Assembly: GCF_964188315.1 (NCBI RefSeq)
Contig: NC_135660.1
Span: forward strand, 19,282,001-19,346,000
DNA from: Podarcis muralis
Lineage: Eukaryota
Length of the DNA stretch: 64,000 nucleotides
Direction of reading: 5' to 3'
Made by a program: the position numbers and the translations under genes. The notes below the pieces were generated by a model, which did no database searches, had not been told where the DNA came from, and saw nothing but the letters and a program-made list of their open reading frames with translations. Shown here piece by piece: positions 1 through 9,474 of this stretch; the stretch's first letter is position 1, and the number at the start of each line of letters is the position of its first letter.

Positions 1-843
1 ATGCTGCAGCCCAGCAACATGCACAGATGCATTTGCAGATGCAACAAATCGGCAGTCAGCATTGCACTATCTATCAGTGCTGGTCCCCTGTTAAGAAAGG
101 TGTGGAACCTGAAGCAAGGCTTCCTTTGCCCCTCTGCAACCAGTCAAGGGAGGAAAGCAGGTGGCCTGTACTCAGCCTTCCATGCCCTCCAAAAATGAGG
201 CTGGTGCTGTAAATGCTCGCTGCACTTTTGTAACCCAAGAATGTGTAAGAAATAGCTCCAGAGATCTCCAGCCCCTTATTGTCTCCAGCGGCACCATATT
301 TCTTCCCTGAGCTTTAGATATATTAAGCTCCAAGTCAAGGCAAAGGACATTTCGATGCCAGGAGTCCCCTTTCCTGCCCCCCCCTCCACAACTGATTTCA
401 GAAGCCTAAGCGTCCAATTTTTCATCTTATTTTATTGCCTTTTTGTCTGATGTAGAGCAACATTGCCCTCTGCTGGTGATTTCTATGTGTTTGCTGTCAC
501 CTAAGAACAATAAAACGCAAAGCGGCACAGCTAGACTGTTCTACAAGATGTTAGTGTGCATTTTAACATTCCCATTTATGTGTATTTCCCCCGCCCGCCC
601 ACAAAAAAAAGAAGTATGGATTTGGGCCGACACAATACAAACTGGAGGATTTTGTGCATCAGCACAAATTGCAGAGTTGGGAGGGACCCCAAATTTCATC
701 TAGTCCAACCCTCTGCAATGCAGGAATCTCAGCTAAAGCATCCATGACACGAACATTAACTTTTTTTAGCTGCAGCTGGGACTATGGAGTGGGCAGGGGT
801 AGAAATTCAGAACAATTTAATTTAAAGAGGCTGTCTTCTAAGT

Positions 844-1526
844 CAGTGTTTCCCAACCGGTGTTCCCAACACTAGTGTGCCGCGAGACGTTCCCTGGTGT
901 GCCGTGGGAGGGAGGCGGGCGAGGCGGGCGGCGAGAGGCGGGGCGGCGGCGGCGAGGATCCGCGTCGAGCCGGGGGCGGCTCCGCGGTGGTGGTGCCGAG
1001 GTTTCTCTCTCCATTCTCCCCTCACACACACACACAGGAAATAACACAGGATCAGCTGACAGGACCCGGCCAATGGGGCGGCGGCGGGGCAGCGCGCGCA
1101 AAAGGGAGGAGCGCGAGACAGCGGACGAGGAGGAGGCCGGCATGTCCGGGCAGCAGCAGCAACAACAGCAGCAGCAACTCCCGGCGACGGCTCCTCAAGC
1201 CCCGGGCAACCCTACTCCCTCACCGGCCTCAGCCGCCCTCCTGCTCCACCCGCCGCCGCCTCCCCCGCCGCCGCCGGCCACCTCGGCCCTGCCGCCGCCC
1301 CCTCCTCCGCCCGCTATCGCCGCCACCACCACAACAGCCGCCGCCGCCTCAGCTGGGCCCATGCCTGCCGGGAGCGGCGGCGGCAGCAGCAGCAGCAGCG
1401 CCCCGGCGCCCTTCCCTCCCGGCGTGACGCTGCGCGCTGACGTCACGGGGCTGTAATGGTGGTGTGCCTCAAGATTTTTTTCATCAAACAAGTGTGCCTT
1501 TGCCCAAAAAAGGTTGGGAAACACTG
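844..1526 (+). mobile_element. Non-autonomous hAT (Charlie-like) DNA transposon carrying a captured host gene fragment
   Basis: 15-bp TIRs CAGTGTTTCCCAACC (844-858) and GGTTGGGAAACACTG (1512-1526); perfect 8-bp TSD TTCTAAGT (836-843, 1527-1534); subterminal GTGTGCC motifs at both ends; no transposase. Confidence 0.92.
1142..1423 (+). pseudogene. RANBP9: Captured N-terminal coding fragment resembling RANBP9 (RanBPM) exon 1, truncated before the SPRY domain
   Basis: MSGQQQQQQQQQL...AALLLHPPPPPPPPPATS...SSSAPAPFPPG parallels the RANBP9 N-terminus as I recall it (MSGQ-polyP/Q-L...AAALLLHPPPPPPPATA...SSAAAPFPHGDSAL). The frame continues into transposon sequence and stops at 1456. CpG-rich upstream sequence with CCAAT (1070-1074) and GC boxes. 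Confidence 0.8.
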
Positions 1527-1575
1527 TTCTAAGTGACAGTAAACATGGCGTTTTTCAACATGCTGAGCATTAGAC

Positions 1576-1825
1576 CATGGGCAGGCAAACTAAGGCCCGA
1601 GGGCCGAATCTGGCCCAATCGCCTTCTAAATCTGGCCCGTGGACAGTCTGGGAATCAGTGTGTTTTTGCATGAGCAGAATGTGTCCTTTTATTTAAAATG
1701 CATCTCTGGGTTATTTGTGGGGCATAGGAATTTGTTCATTTCTCCCCCAAAAATATAGTCCAGCCCCCCACAAGGTCTGAGGGACAGTGGACTGGCCCCC
1801 TGCTGAAAAAGTTAGCTGATCCCTG
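1576..1825. mobile_element. hAT MITE (about 250 bp)
   Basis: Imperfect TIRs CATGGGCAGGCAAACT / AGTTAGCTGATCCCTG; 8-bp TSD CATTAGAC / CATTAGAT. Confidence 0.8.
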
Positions 1826-1954
1826 CATTAGATAGTAAAAACTGAACATGATTGTGCAGAATTTGGCAGCTGAGAAGTACAAATATTAAGCATGTTCTAG
1901 GTTTGATCAGTGCCTGGACAAAGAACCACCTGGGAATTCTATGACAACCTTTGA

Positions 1955-4900
1955 CAAGTTTAAAAAGTCCAAAAGGTGACAACAGGTGTTATTCATCTTC
2001 TGTTTTCTTTTGTTTTTCTTGTTTTTTCTCTTCTACCGATGTAAATTATAATGACGTTAAAGGTGTACAGTTGGAATGTCAATGGGATGAACGATAAGGG
2101 AAAAAGGAACCGAATTGAGCATATTTTGAAGAAGGAAAGTTTGGACGTCATTTGTCTCCAAGAGACACATATAGCGAGGAAGCATAAAAGAATTCTGATC
2201 AATCAAAGACTAGGGAATGAATTCACATCCTCAGATCGGAGTAAAAAAAGGGGGGTGGTCATTTATATAAACAAACAAATTGAAGCGAAACATCTTTTTA
2301 AAGATGAAGAAGGAAGGATCTCAGCAGTACAAATAAAATGGCAGGGAGAAAAGATAATAATAGTGGGTATATATGCGCCAAATGAGAATAAGTCAGAATT
2401 CTATGGGAGGTTGGAAGCAAAACTATTGGAGTACGCTGACCAGAAAATTATACTATTAGGAGATATGAATGGCGTGGTGTCGTTAGAATCGGACAGATTG
2501 AGGGATTCAAAAGGTAAAGAAGGGAAGTTACCCAGAACCTTCTTCTCCCTGGTTCAAAACTGTAATTTAGTAGATATTTGGAGATTCAAACATCCCTTAG
2601 AAAAGCAATACACTTTCCATTCAGAACCTAACGATTCATCATCGAGACTAGATCAGATGTGGATTTCAAAAGAACTTGTCCCAAGATCTGCACGGGTGGA
2701 GATCCAGGTTAGAACAATCTCAGATCATAATTCAATTAAAATGGAATTGAAAGGGCAGGAGAGCAGACTAAATAGATGGAAACTGAAGGATTACCTGCTG
2801 GATGACCAAGAGATAATAGAAAAAGCTCAAAATAGATTAAAAGAGTACTTCGAAGATAATCTAGGCAGCAATATAAAACCAAGGGTTGTGTGGGACGCAG
2901 GTAAGGCGGTGATGCGGGGATTCTTCATTCAACAGAGCGCAATTAAAAACAAAAAAAGAGAAAAAGGGAAAAAAGAAATTATACAACAACTAGCAGAGAA
3001 CGAACAGAAATTAACTCAAAACCCAAAAAACAAGAAAGTAAAAGAGAACATAAAAGTTCTACAATCCCAATATACAATGCTGATAAATAGAGAGATAGAA
3101 TGGAAAATCAAAAGACTGAGACAGAGAAATTTTGAATACGCTAATAAAACTGGGAAACTATTAGCTTGGCAACTGAAGAAGAGAAAAGAACAGAATACTA
3201 TAAATAGGATAGTGGTGGAAGGAGAAGAGATAAACAAACCTAAAGAAATAAGAAGAGCCTTCTTGGACTTTTATGGAGGCCTCTTCAGGAATACGGAAAA
3301 GAGTAAGACAAGGAAAATAGAGAGATATTTAACATCTAAGAACATCAATAAGATCCCCACAGCGGACAAAGAAAATTTAAACGCCCCAATTAAGACGGAG
3401 GAAATAAAAGCAATCATATCAGATCTAAAAAATGGGAAAGCCCCAGGCCCAGATGGGTTCATCAGCAGATACTATAAAGAGATGGAATCGGTCTTGTTGA
3501 ACCCACTACAGGAAGTAATGAACAAAATTCTAAAGGAAAGAGAAATACCAGAGACGTGGAAGGAGGCACTGATCACATTAATCCCAAAGCAAGACTCAGA
3601 CTTAGAACAAATTAAAAATTACAGGCCGATCTCCCTACTAAATGTAGACTACAAGATCTTTACGGGAGTCCTGGCAAGAAGACTTAAAACTATTTTGGTA
3701 AAAAACATACATAGAGACCAAGCTGGCTTCTTGCCGGGCAGGCAGATTAAAGACAATATAAGGAATATTATAAACATTATAGAATATCTAACAGAAAGAT
3801 GCGACAAACAAGGTGCACTGTTATTCGTAGACGCTGAGAAAGCGTTTGATAACGTAAACTGGGAATTCCTGTTGAAACATATGGACTACATGGAAGTAGG
3901 CATCGAATTTTTAAATGGGATAAAAGCTATTTATACGGAACAAAAAGCAAGACTGATAATAAATGGGGTGGAAACGGAAGAAATAACAGTATCCAAAGGA
4001 ACAAGACAGGGATGCCCGCTGTCTCCACTGGTATTTATAATGATACTAGAGGTTTTGCTAAATTCCATCAGAGACAACAAAGAAATTAAAGGAATCAGGG
4101 TCGGTCAGCATGAATACAAAACTAAAGCTTTCGCAGACGATCTGGTTGTAATAATGGAAGACCCATTGGGCTCAATAAAAGAGGTACTCAAAGAATTTGA
4201 TCAATTTGGGGAAGTTGCGGGCTTTAAGTTAAACAAAAGGAAAACGAAAATATTAACTAAGAATATGCAGGCAGATAAGATTGAGGAACTACAGAAAGAA
4301 ACGGGAATAGACGTGACAAAGAAGGTGAAATACTTAGGGGTATGGGTAACGCCAAAAAATATAGATCTTTTCAAAAACAATTATGAAACAGTATGGAAAG
4401 GAGTTAAAAAAGATATAGAAGTGTGGGGTCGGCTCAGATTATCTCTTTGGGGAAGGATAGACACAATTAAAATGTCGGTGTTACCAAGAGTTTTATTTCT
4501 CTTCCAAAACATTCCAATTATAAAAGGTACAAAGATATTTAGAACCTGGCATAGAGAGATTTCTAAATTCATCTGGCAGGGGAGGAAGCCGAGAGTTAAG
4601 TTTAAACTATTGACAGACACGAAAGAAAGGGGAGGCTTCGCCCTTCCCGATCTGAAACTTTACTATGAGGCATCGTGCCTATGCTGGGTCAAAACATGGA
4701 TAAAATTGGAAGACAGGGAAGTGTTAGACTTGGAGGGGCACGACAACCGTTTTGGATGGCACGCCTATCTATGGCATGGGCGAAAGAAGGGCCATAAGGG
4801 ATTTGAAAATCATATATTTAGGGGTCCCCTGATGGAGGTATGGGAAAGATACAAGGACATGCTAGAACCTAAAACACCCCAATGGTTATCTCCATTAGAG

Positions 4901-6029
4901 GTTATGGCTGTTAAAAAGACTAATATGAGGGACAAATGGGCAACTTATGAACATCTGTTGATGAAGGAGGAAGGAAAGTGGAAAATGAGGCCATATGACC
5001 AGGTCAAATCCCAAGTATACGATTGGCTACACTACCACCAGATAAACGACATGTTTAGAAAAGACGTTAAAGACAAAGGATATGCCGACAAAAACTCCAG
5101 ATTCCAAACTGAGATTCTGGGAGATAACACAAAAATCTTATCTAAAATGTATAAGCAATTACTGGATTGGAACTTAGTTGACGAGGAGGTCAAGGCGGTA
5201 ATGACACACTGGGCCAGAGACATTGGCCGTAATATTTATTTTGAAGAGTGGGAAAAACTCTGGAAGCAACATCTTAAATTTACAGCTTGTGTGTTACTTA
5301 AAGAGAATCTAATGAAAATGTTTTACCGTTGGTATTTGACCCCGGTCAAATTAGCTAAAATGTACGGATCCTGCAACAAATGTTGGAAATGCAAGGACAG
5401 GGAGGGGACTTTTTACCACATGTGGTGGGAATGCCAAAAGATCAAAGGGTTCTGGGAGAGTGTATACAATGAAATGAAGAAAATGTTAAGATACACCTTT
5501 GTTAAAAAACCCGAGGCGTTCCTACTAGGTTTGGTAGGAACAGAGATAAAGAAAAAGGACTACAAACTATTTCAATATGCTACAACGGCAGCAAGGGTCC
5601 TGATAGCTAAGAATTGGAAACAAGAGAGTTTACCAACAATGGAGGAATGGAGATCAAAACTATTAGAATATGTGGAGATGGACAGGATGACAGGTAAAAT
5701 TAGATATATAAAAGATCAGAGGTTTGTTAAAAGTTGGGAAAACTTTACGAAATATCTGGAAAATCTAACGGACGAACAGATAACACTGGCGGGTTATAAA
5801 GGTGCTCTGTAAAAAGTAAGGGTAATACCAAAGGAAAATAGAGGAACGAGAACAGCTTGTGGCATTACAAACAAGGAAATGCGGATGTATAGTTTAATGT
5901 TACTTTGGAAGATTCGTGGAACGTCAGAAGGAAGTCTTATCTTTTGCTTTTTGTGAACAATATGAATACTGACTCATCTGTTTTGTGTTTTGTATTTTGA
6001 AATTTAATAAAAATTATGCAGAAAAAAAA
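1955..6029 (+). mobile_element. 5'-truncated L1-clade LINE (no ORF1 or 5'UTR), 4075 bp
   Basis: Intact ORF2, about 200-bp 3'UTR, AATAAA at 6006-6011 and A-tail at 6022-6031. Confidence 0.95.
2051..5812 (+). CDS. L1-type ORF2 protein: APE endonuclease, reverse transcriptase and CCHC knuckle (1253 aa)
   Basis: EN motifs SWNVNG, CLQETH, IYAPN, GDMN, RLD, SDH; RT motifs GKAPGPDGF, YRPISLLNVDYK, DAEKAFD, RQGCPLSP, FADD, YLGV; C-terminal CWKC-x8-H-x4-C. No stops or frameshifts. Confidence 0.97.
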   Translation: MTLKVYSWNVNGMNDKGKRNRIEHILKKESLDVICLQETHIARKHKRILINQRLGNEFTSSDRSKKRGVVIYINKQIEAKHLFKDEEGRISAVQIKWQGEKIIIVGIYAPNENKSEFYGRLEAKLLEYADQKIILLGDMNGVVSLESDRLRDSKGKEGKLPRTFFSLVQNCNLVDIWRFKHPLEKQYTFHSEPNDSSSRLDQMWISKELVPRSARVEIQVRTISDHNSIKMELKGQESRLNRWKLKDYLLDDQEIIEKAQNRLKEYFEDNLGSNIKPRVVWDAGKAVMRGFFIQQSAIKNKKREKGKKEIIQQLAENEQKLTQNPKNKKVKENIKVLQSQYTMLINREIEWKIKRLRQRNFEYANKTGKLLAWQLKKRKEQNTINRIVVEGEEINKPKEIRRAFLDFYGGLFRNTEKSKTRKIERYLTSKNINKIPTADKENLNAPIKTEEIKAIISDLKNGKAPGPDGFISRYYKEMESVLLNPLQEVMNKILKEREIPETWKEALITLIPKQDSDLEQIKNYRPISLLNVDYKIFTGVLARRLKTILVKNIHRDQAGFLPGRQIKDNIRNIINIIEYLTERCDKQGALLFVDAEKAFDNVNWEFLLKHMDYMEVGIEFLNGIKAIYTEQKARLIINGVETEEITVSKGTRQGCPLSPLVFIMILEVLLNSIRDNKEIKGIRVGQHEYKTKAFADDLVVIMEDPLGSIKEVLKEFDQFGEVAGFKLNKRKTKILTKNMQADKIEELQKETGIDVTKKVKYLGVWVTPKNIDLFKNNYETVWKGVKKDIEVWGRLRLSLWGRIDTIKMSVLPRVLFLFQNIPIIKGTKIFRTWHREISKFIWQGRKPRVKFKLLTDTKERGGFALPDLKLYYEASCLCWVKTWIKLEDREVLDLEGHDNRFGWHAYLWHGRKKGHKGFENHIFRGPLMEVWERYKDMLEPKTPQWLSPLEVMAVKKTNMRDKWATYEHLLMKEEGKWKMRPYDQVKSQVYDWLHYHQINDMFRKDVKDKGYADKNSRFQTEILGDNTKILSKMYKQLLDWNLVDEEVKAVMTHWARDIGRNIYFEEWEKLWKQHLKFTACVLLKENLMKMFYRWYLTPVKLAKMYGSCNKCWKCKDREGTFYHMWWECQKIKGFWESVYNEMKKMLRYTFVKKPEAFLLGLVGTEIKKKDYKLFQYATTAARVLIAKNWKQESLPTMEEWRSKLLEYVEMDRMTGKIRYIKDQRFVKSWENFTKYLENLTDEQITLAGYKGAL

Positions 6030-6115
6030 AACTTTTTTTAGCTGCAGCTGGGACTATGGAGTGGGCAGGGGTAGAAATTCAGAACAATTTAATTTAAAGA
6101 GGCTGTCTTCTAAGT

Positions 6116-6798
6116 CAGTGTTTCCCAACCGGTGTTCCCAACACTAGTGTGCCGCGAGACGTTCCCTGGTGTGCCGTGGGAGGGAGGCGGGCGAGTCGGG
6201 CGGCGAGAGGCGGGGCGGCGGCGGCGAGGATCCGCGTCGAGCCGGGGGCGGCTCCGCGGTGGTGGTGCCGAGGTTTCTCTCTCCATTCTCCCCTCACACA
6301 CACACACAGGAAATAACACAGGATCAGCTGACAGGACCCGGCCAATGGGGCGGCGGCGGGGCAGCGCGCGCAAAAGGGAGGAGCGCGAGACAGCGGACGA
6401 GGAGGAGGCCGGCATGTCCGGGCAGCAGCAGCAACAACAGCAGCAGCAACTCCCGGCGACGGCTCCTCAAGCCCCGGGCAACCCTACTCCCTCACCGGCC
6501 TCAGCCGCCCTCCTGCTCCACCCGCCGCCGCCTCCCCCGCCGCCGCCGGCCACCTCGGCCCTGCCGCCGCCCCCTCCTCCGCCCGCTATCGCCGCCACCA
6601 CCACAACAGCCGCCGCCGCCTCAGCTGGGCCCATGCCTGCCGGGAGCGGCGGCGGCAGCAGCAGCAGCAGCGCCCCGGCGCCCTTCCCTCCCGGCGTGAC
6701 GCTGCGCGCTGACGTCACGGGGCTGTAATGGTGGTGTGCCTCAAGATTTTTTTCATCAAACAAGTGTGCCTTTGCCCAAAAAAGGTTGGGAAACACTG
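6116..6798 (+). mobile_element. Second copy of the RANBP9-carrying hAT element
   Basis: Same TIRs and TTCTAAGT TSD (6108-6115, 6799-6806). Confidence 0.92.
6414..6695 (+). pseudogene. RANBP9: Second copy of the RANBP9-like exon 1 fragment
   Basis: Same translation as 1142-1423. Confidence 0.8.
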
Positions 6799-6847
6799 TT
6801 CTAAGTGACAGTAAACATGGCGTTTTTCAACATGCTGAGCATTAGAC

Positions 6848-7097
6848 CATGGGCAGGCAAACTAAGGCCCGAGGGCCGAATCTGGCCCAATCGCCTTCTA
6901 AATCTGGCCCGTGGACAGTCTGGGAATCAGTGTGTTTTTGCATGAGCAGAATGTGTCCTTTTATTTAAAATGCATCTCTGGGTTATTTGTGGGGCATAGG
7001 AATTTGTTCATTTCTCCCCCAAAAATATAGTCCAGCCCCCCACAAGGTCTGAGGGACAGTGGACTGGCCCCCTGCTGAAAAAGTTAGCTGATCCCTG
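6848..7097. mobile_element. Second copy of the 250-bp hAT MITE
   Basis: Matches 1576-1825 including the TSD. Confidence 0.8.
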
Positions 7098-7968
7098 CAT
7101 TAGATAGTAAAAACTGAACATGATTGTGCAGAATTTGGCAGCTGAGAAGTACAAATATTAAGCATGTTCTAGGTTTGATCAGTGCCTGGACAAAGAACCA
7201 CCTGGGAATTCTATGACAACCTTTGATTCCAACTCCCATCAGCCCCAGCCAGCATAACCAGTGATCATGGTTGATGGGACTTGTAGTCCAGCAACCTCTG
7301 GAGGCCTTTATGGACACTGACTGGAAGAAAGATGGACTATAAAGTAGACTTGAACACCACAGAAATAAGTTAAATGAGACAAAACAAATACATTAGTGTT
7401 ATCCCCCTCCTCCACCCCTTTTCTTCATTATTTTCCCGCCTATTCCCATTAATTAATATAATTCAGTGGCCCAAGAGAGGCCATCTTTATTTTCATTTGA
7501 ACTGAAAGGTTGTGCATTAAACTGGGGATTTAAGAGTAACTTCTTCCGACATCCAAGAGAAGCTCAACTAATCAGTCTCCAACAGCTATGAGTCTTCTGA
7601 GGGAGCACTGGAGGGGGGGGTGGCGGGAATTAAGTGAGAAGACACCAGCCTGCAAACATTTTCTCCATCAATTTGCATGTTAATGGAAGAATGCAGAACT
7701 TGTTAGTGTGGAGTACCAGGGACCAACAGAACCAGAGAGTCAATGCCACGTGAACTGATAAATGCACCCCACTTTTTACGGGACAGCAGGGGGAATTGCT
7801 GGGAAGCGTTAGCTGGCAACTCTGTTAGGCTTTTTACAGAGGTGGGTGACATCCTTGCATGTCACCAAGTGATTGGCAGCTGGTCTGCAAGGACCATTTT
7901 GTCTTGTGTTTTGAGCAGATAATTGGGTACCAGAAGGGTCCTAAGAGCTTATTGTGATGGATGAAACA

Positions 7969-8425
7969 TGTTGTTGTTGTTCTTTAGTCGTTTAGTCGTG
8001 TCCGACTCTTCGTGACCCCATGGACCAGAGCACACCAGGCACTCCTATCTTCCACTGCCTCCCGCAGTTTGGTCAAACTCATGCTGGTAGCTTCGAGAAC
8101 ACTATCCAACCATCTCGTCCTCTGTCGTCCCCTTCTCCTTGTGCCCTCCATCTTTCCCAACATCAGGGTCTTTTCCAGGGAGTCTTCTCTTCTCATGAGG
8201 TGGCCAAAGTATTGGAGTCTCAGCTTCACGATCTGTCCTTCCAGTGAGCACTCGGGGCTGATTTCCTTAAGGATGGATAGGTTTGATCTTCTTGCAGTCC
8301 ATGGGACTCTCAAGAGTCTCCTCCAGCACCATAATTCAAAAGCATCAATTCTTTGGCAATCAGCCTTCTTTATGGTCCAGCTCTCACTTCCATACATCAC
8401 TACTGGGAAAACCATAGCTTTAACA
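7969..8425 (-). mobile_element. Bov-B (RTE clade) LINE 3' fragment
   Basis: Translation KAMVFPVVMYGSESWTIKKAD...IDAFELWCWRRLLRVPWTARRSN...HGVTKSRTRLND; (ACA)n tail. Confidence 0.92.
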
Positions 8426-9123
8426 TACACACATATATAGCCAGATTCCTTGACCTGCCTGGGCTCCCTTGAAAGACAGGTGCTACATATCAAGGCAATG
8501 GGGAAAGCATATTTTATCTTGGGGACTTCAGGACAAGTAGGAAGAGCCCTGTTGCACTCTTGCCCTTTTGGGGGCTTCCCAGATACATCTACTGTGACCA
8601 GAGGCCCCCTGGACCAGCTCTTCCTCTTCACAATTGCAACCTACACCTCTCTGTTTGTTCAATGTGGGGATCAGCAAGCAAACAAGAGCATTGGTGAGAA
8701 GGTGGAGCTGTCACTGTCTACTTGCTCACTGGTTCTGTCCTCATAGCAGTGATGAGGGAGAGGAGGTAGACTCAAGGAGAAAGAGGGCACATTAAGGGTG
8801 TCTTGCTCAAGGGCCCCCCAAAATGCCAAATGCTTCCTGTCATACCTTCACCTTTCTTCGAAGTTGTTCAGAACAGCCATTCCTGGGTCCATTCCCTCCA
8901 GCTGTTATACTCCCAACAGACCTGTAAATAAACTGCAGGAACTCATAATCACATATCCAGATAGGACCTGACAGCCTGACAGGTCTGCTCCCCAGTCAGA
9001 TCACTTTCTTTGTCTTCTCTTGCCCAGTTCACAATCCTTCATGGGACCACATTCATCTTGATCTGGCAACATCTACTGTATGCTGCTCTGCACGATACTA
9101 TATTGGTCTGCTGTCAGGATATG

Positions 9124-9474
9124 AAAGGTAAAGGGACCCCTGACCATTAGGTCCAGTCGTGACCGACTCTGGGGTTGCGGCGCTCATCTTGCTTTATTGG
9201 CCGAGGGAGCCGGCGTACAGCTTCCAGGTCTTGTGGCCAGCATGACTAAGCCGCTTCTGGCGAACCAGAGCAGCGCACAAAAACGCCGTTTACCTTCCCG
9301 CCGGAGTGGTACCTATTTATCTACTTGCACTTTGACGTGCTTTCGAACTGCTAGGTTGGCAAGAGCAGGGACCGAGCAATGGGAGCTCACCCTGTCGTGG
9401 GGATTCGAACCGCCGACCTTCTGATCGGCAAGTCCTAGTCTCTGTGGTTTAACCTACAGTGCTACCCGCGTCCC
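9124..9474 (-). mobile_element. Sauria SINE, near full length
   Basis: tRNA-related head with GGATTCGAACC box B, GTACCTATTTATCTACTTGCAC core, (ACCTTT) tail; TSD TATGAAAGGT at 9120-9129 and 9476-9485. Confidence 0.9.

Larger units (their letters stand above)
758..1954 (+). repeat. Copy 1 of a 1197-bp direct duplication flanking the L1 insertion
   Basis: Matches 6030-7226 at a constant offset of 5272 bp; the only difference I found is G924 vs T6196. Begins at catt|aact and ends at ...caacctttga. Confidence 0.95.
6030..7226 (+). repeat. Copy 2 of the 1197-bp direct duplication
   Basis: Starts within the last two A residues of the L1 tail; matches 758-1954; unique flank resumes at 7227. Confidence 0.95.

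Noticed and set aside
1142-1423. The true RANBP9 locus or a processed pseudogene
   Set aside because: There is no SPRY, LisH or CTLH coding sequence, no splice donor at the break and no poly(A); the fragment is enclosed by TIRs.
860-1456. 198-aa ORF (and its copy at 6132-6728) as a novel gene
   Set aside because: It starts inside the hAT terminus, and only the part from ATG 1142 resembles a real protein. GC-rich DNA keeps several frames open here.
758-7226. Repeat-ORF-repeat layout as an LTR retrotransposon
   Set aside because: The ORF is an APE/RT non-LTR protein with a poly(A) tail; the repeats lack TG...CA ends, PBS and PPT, and contain independent transposons with their own TSDs.
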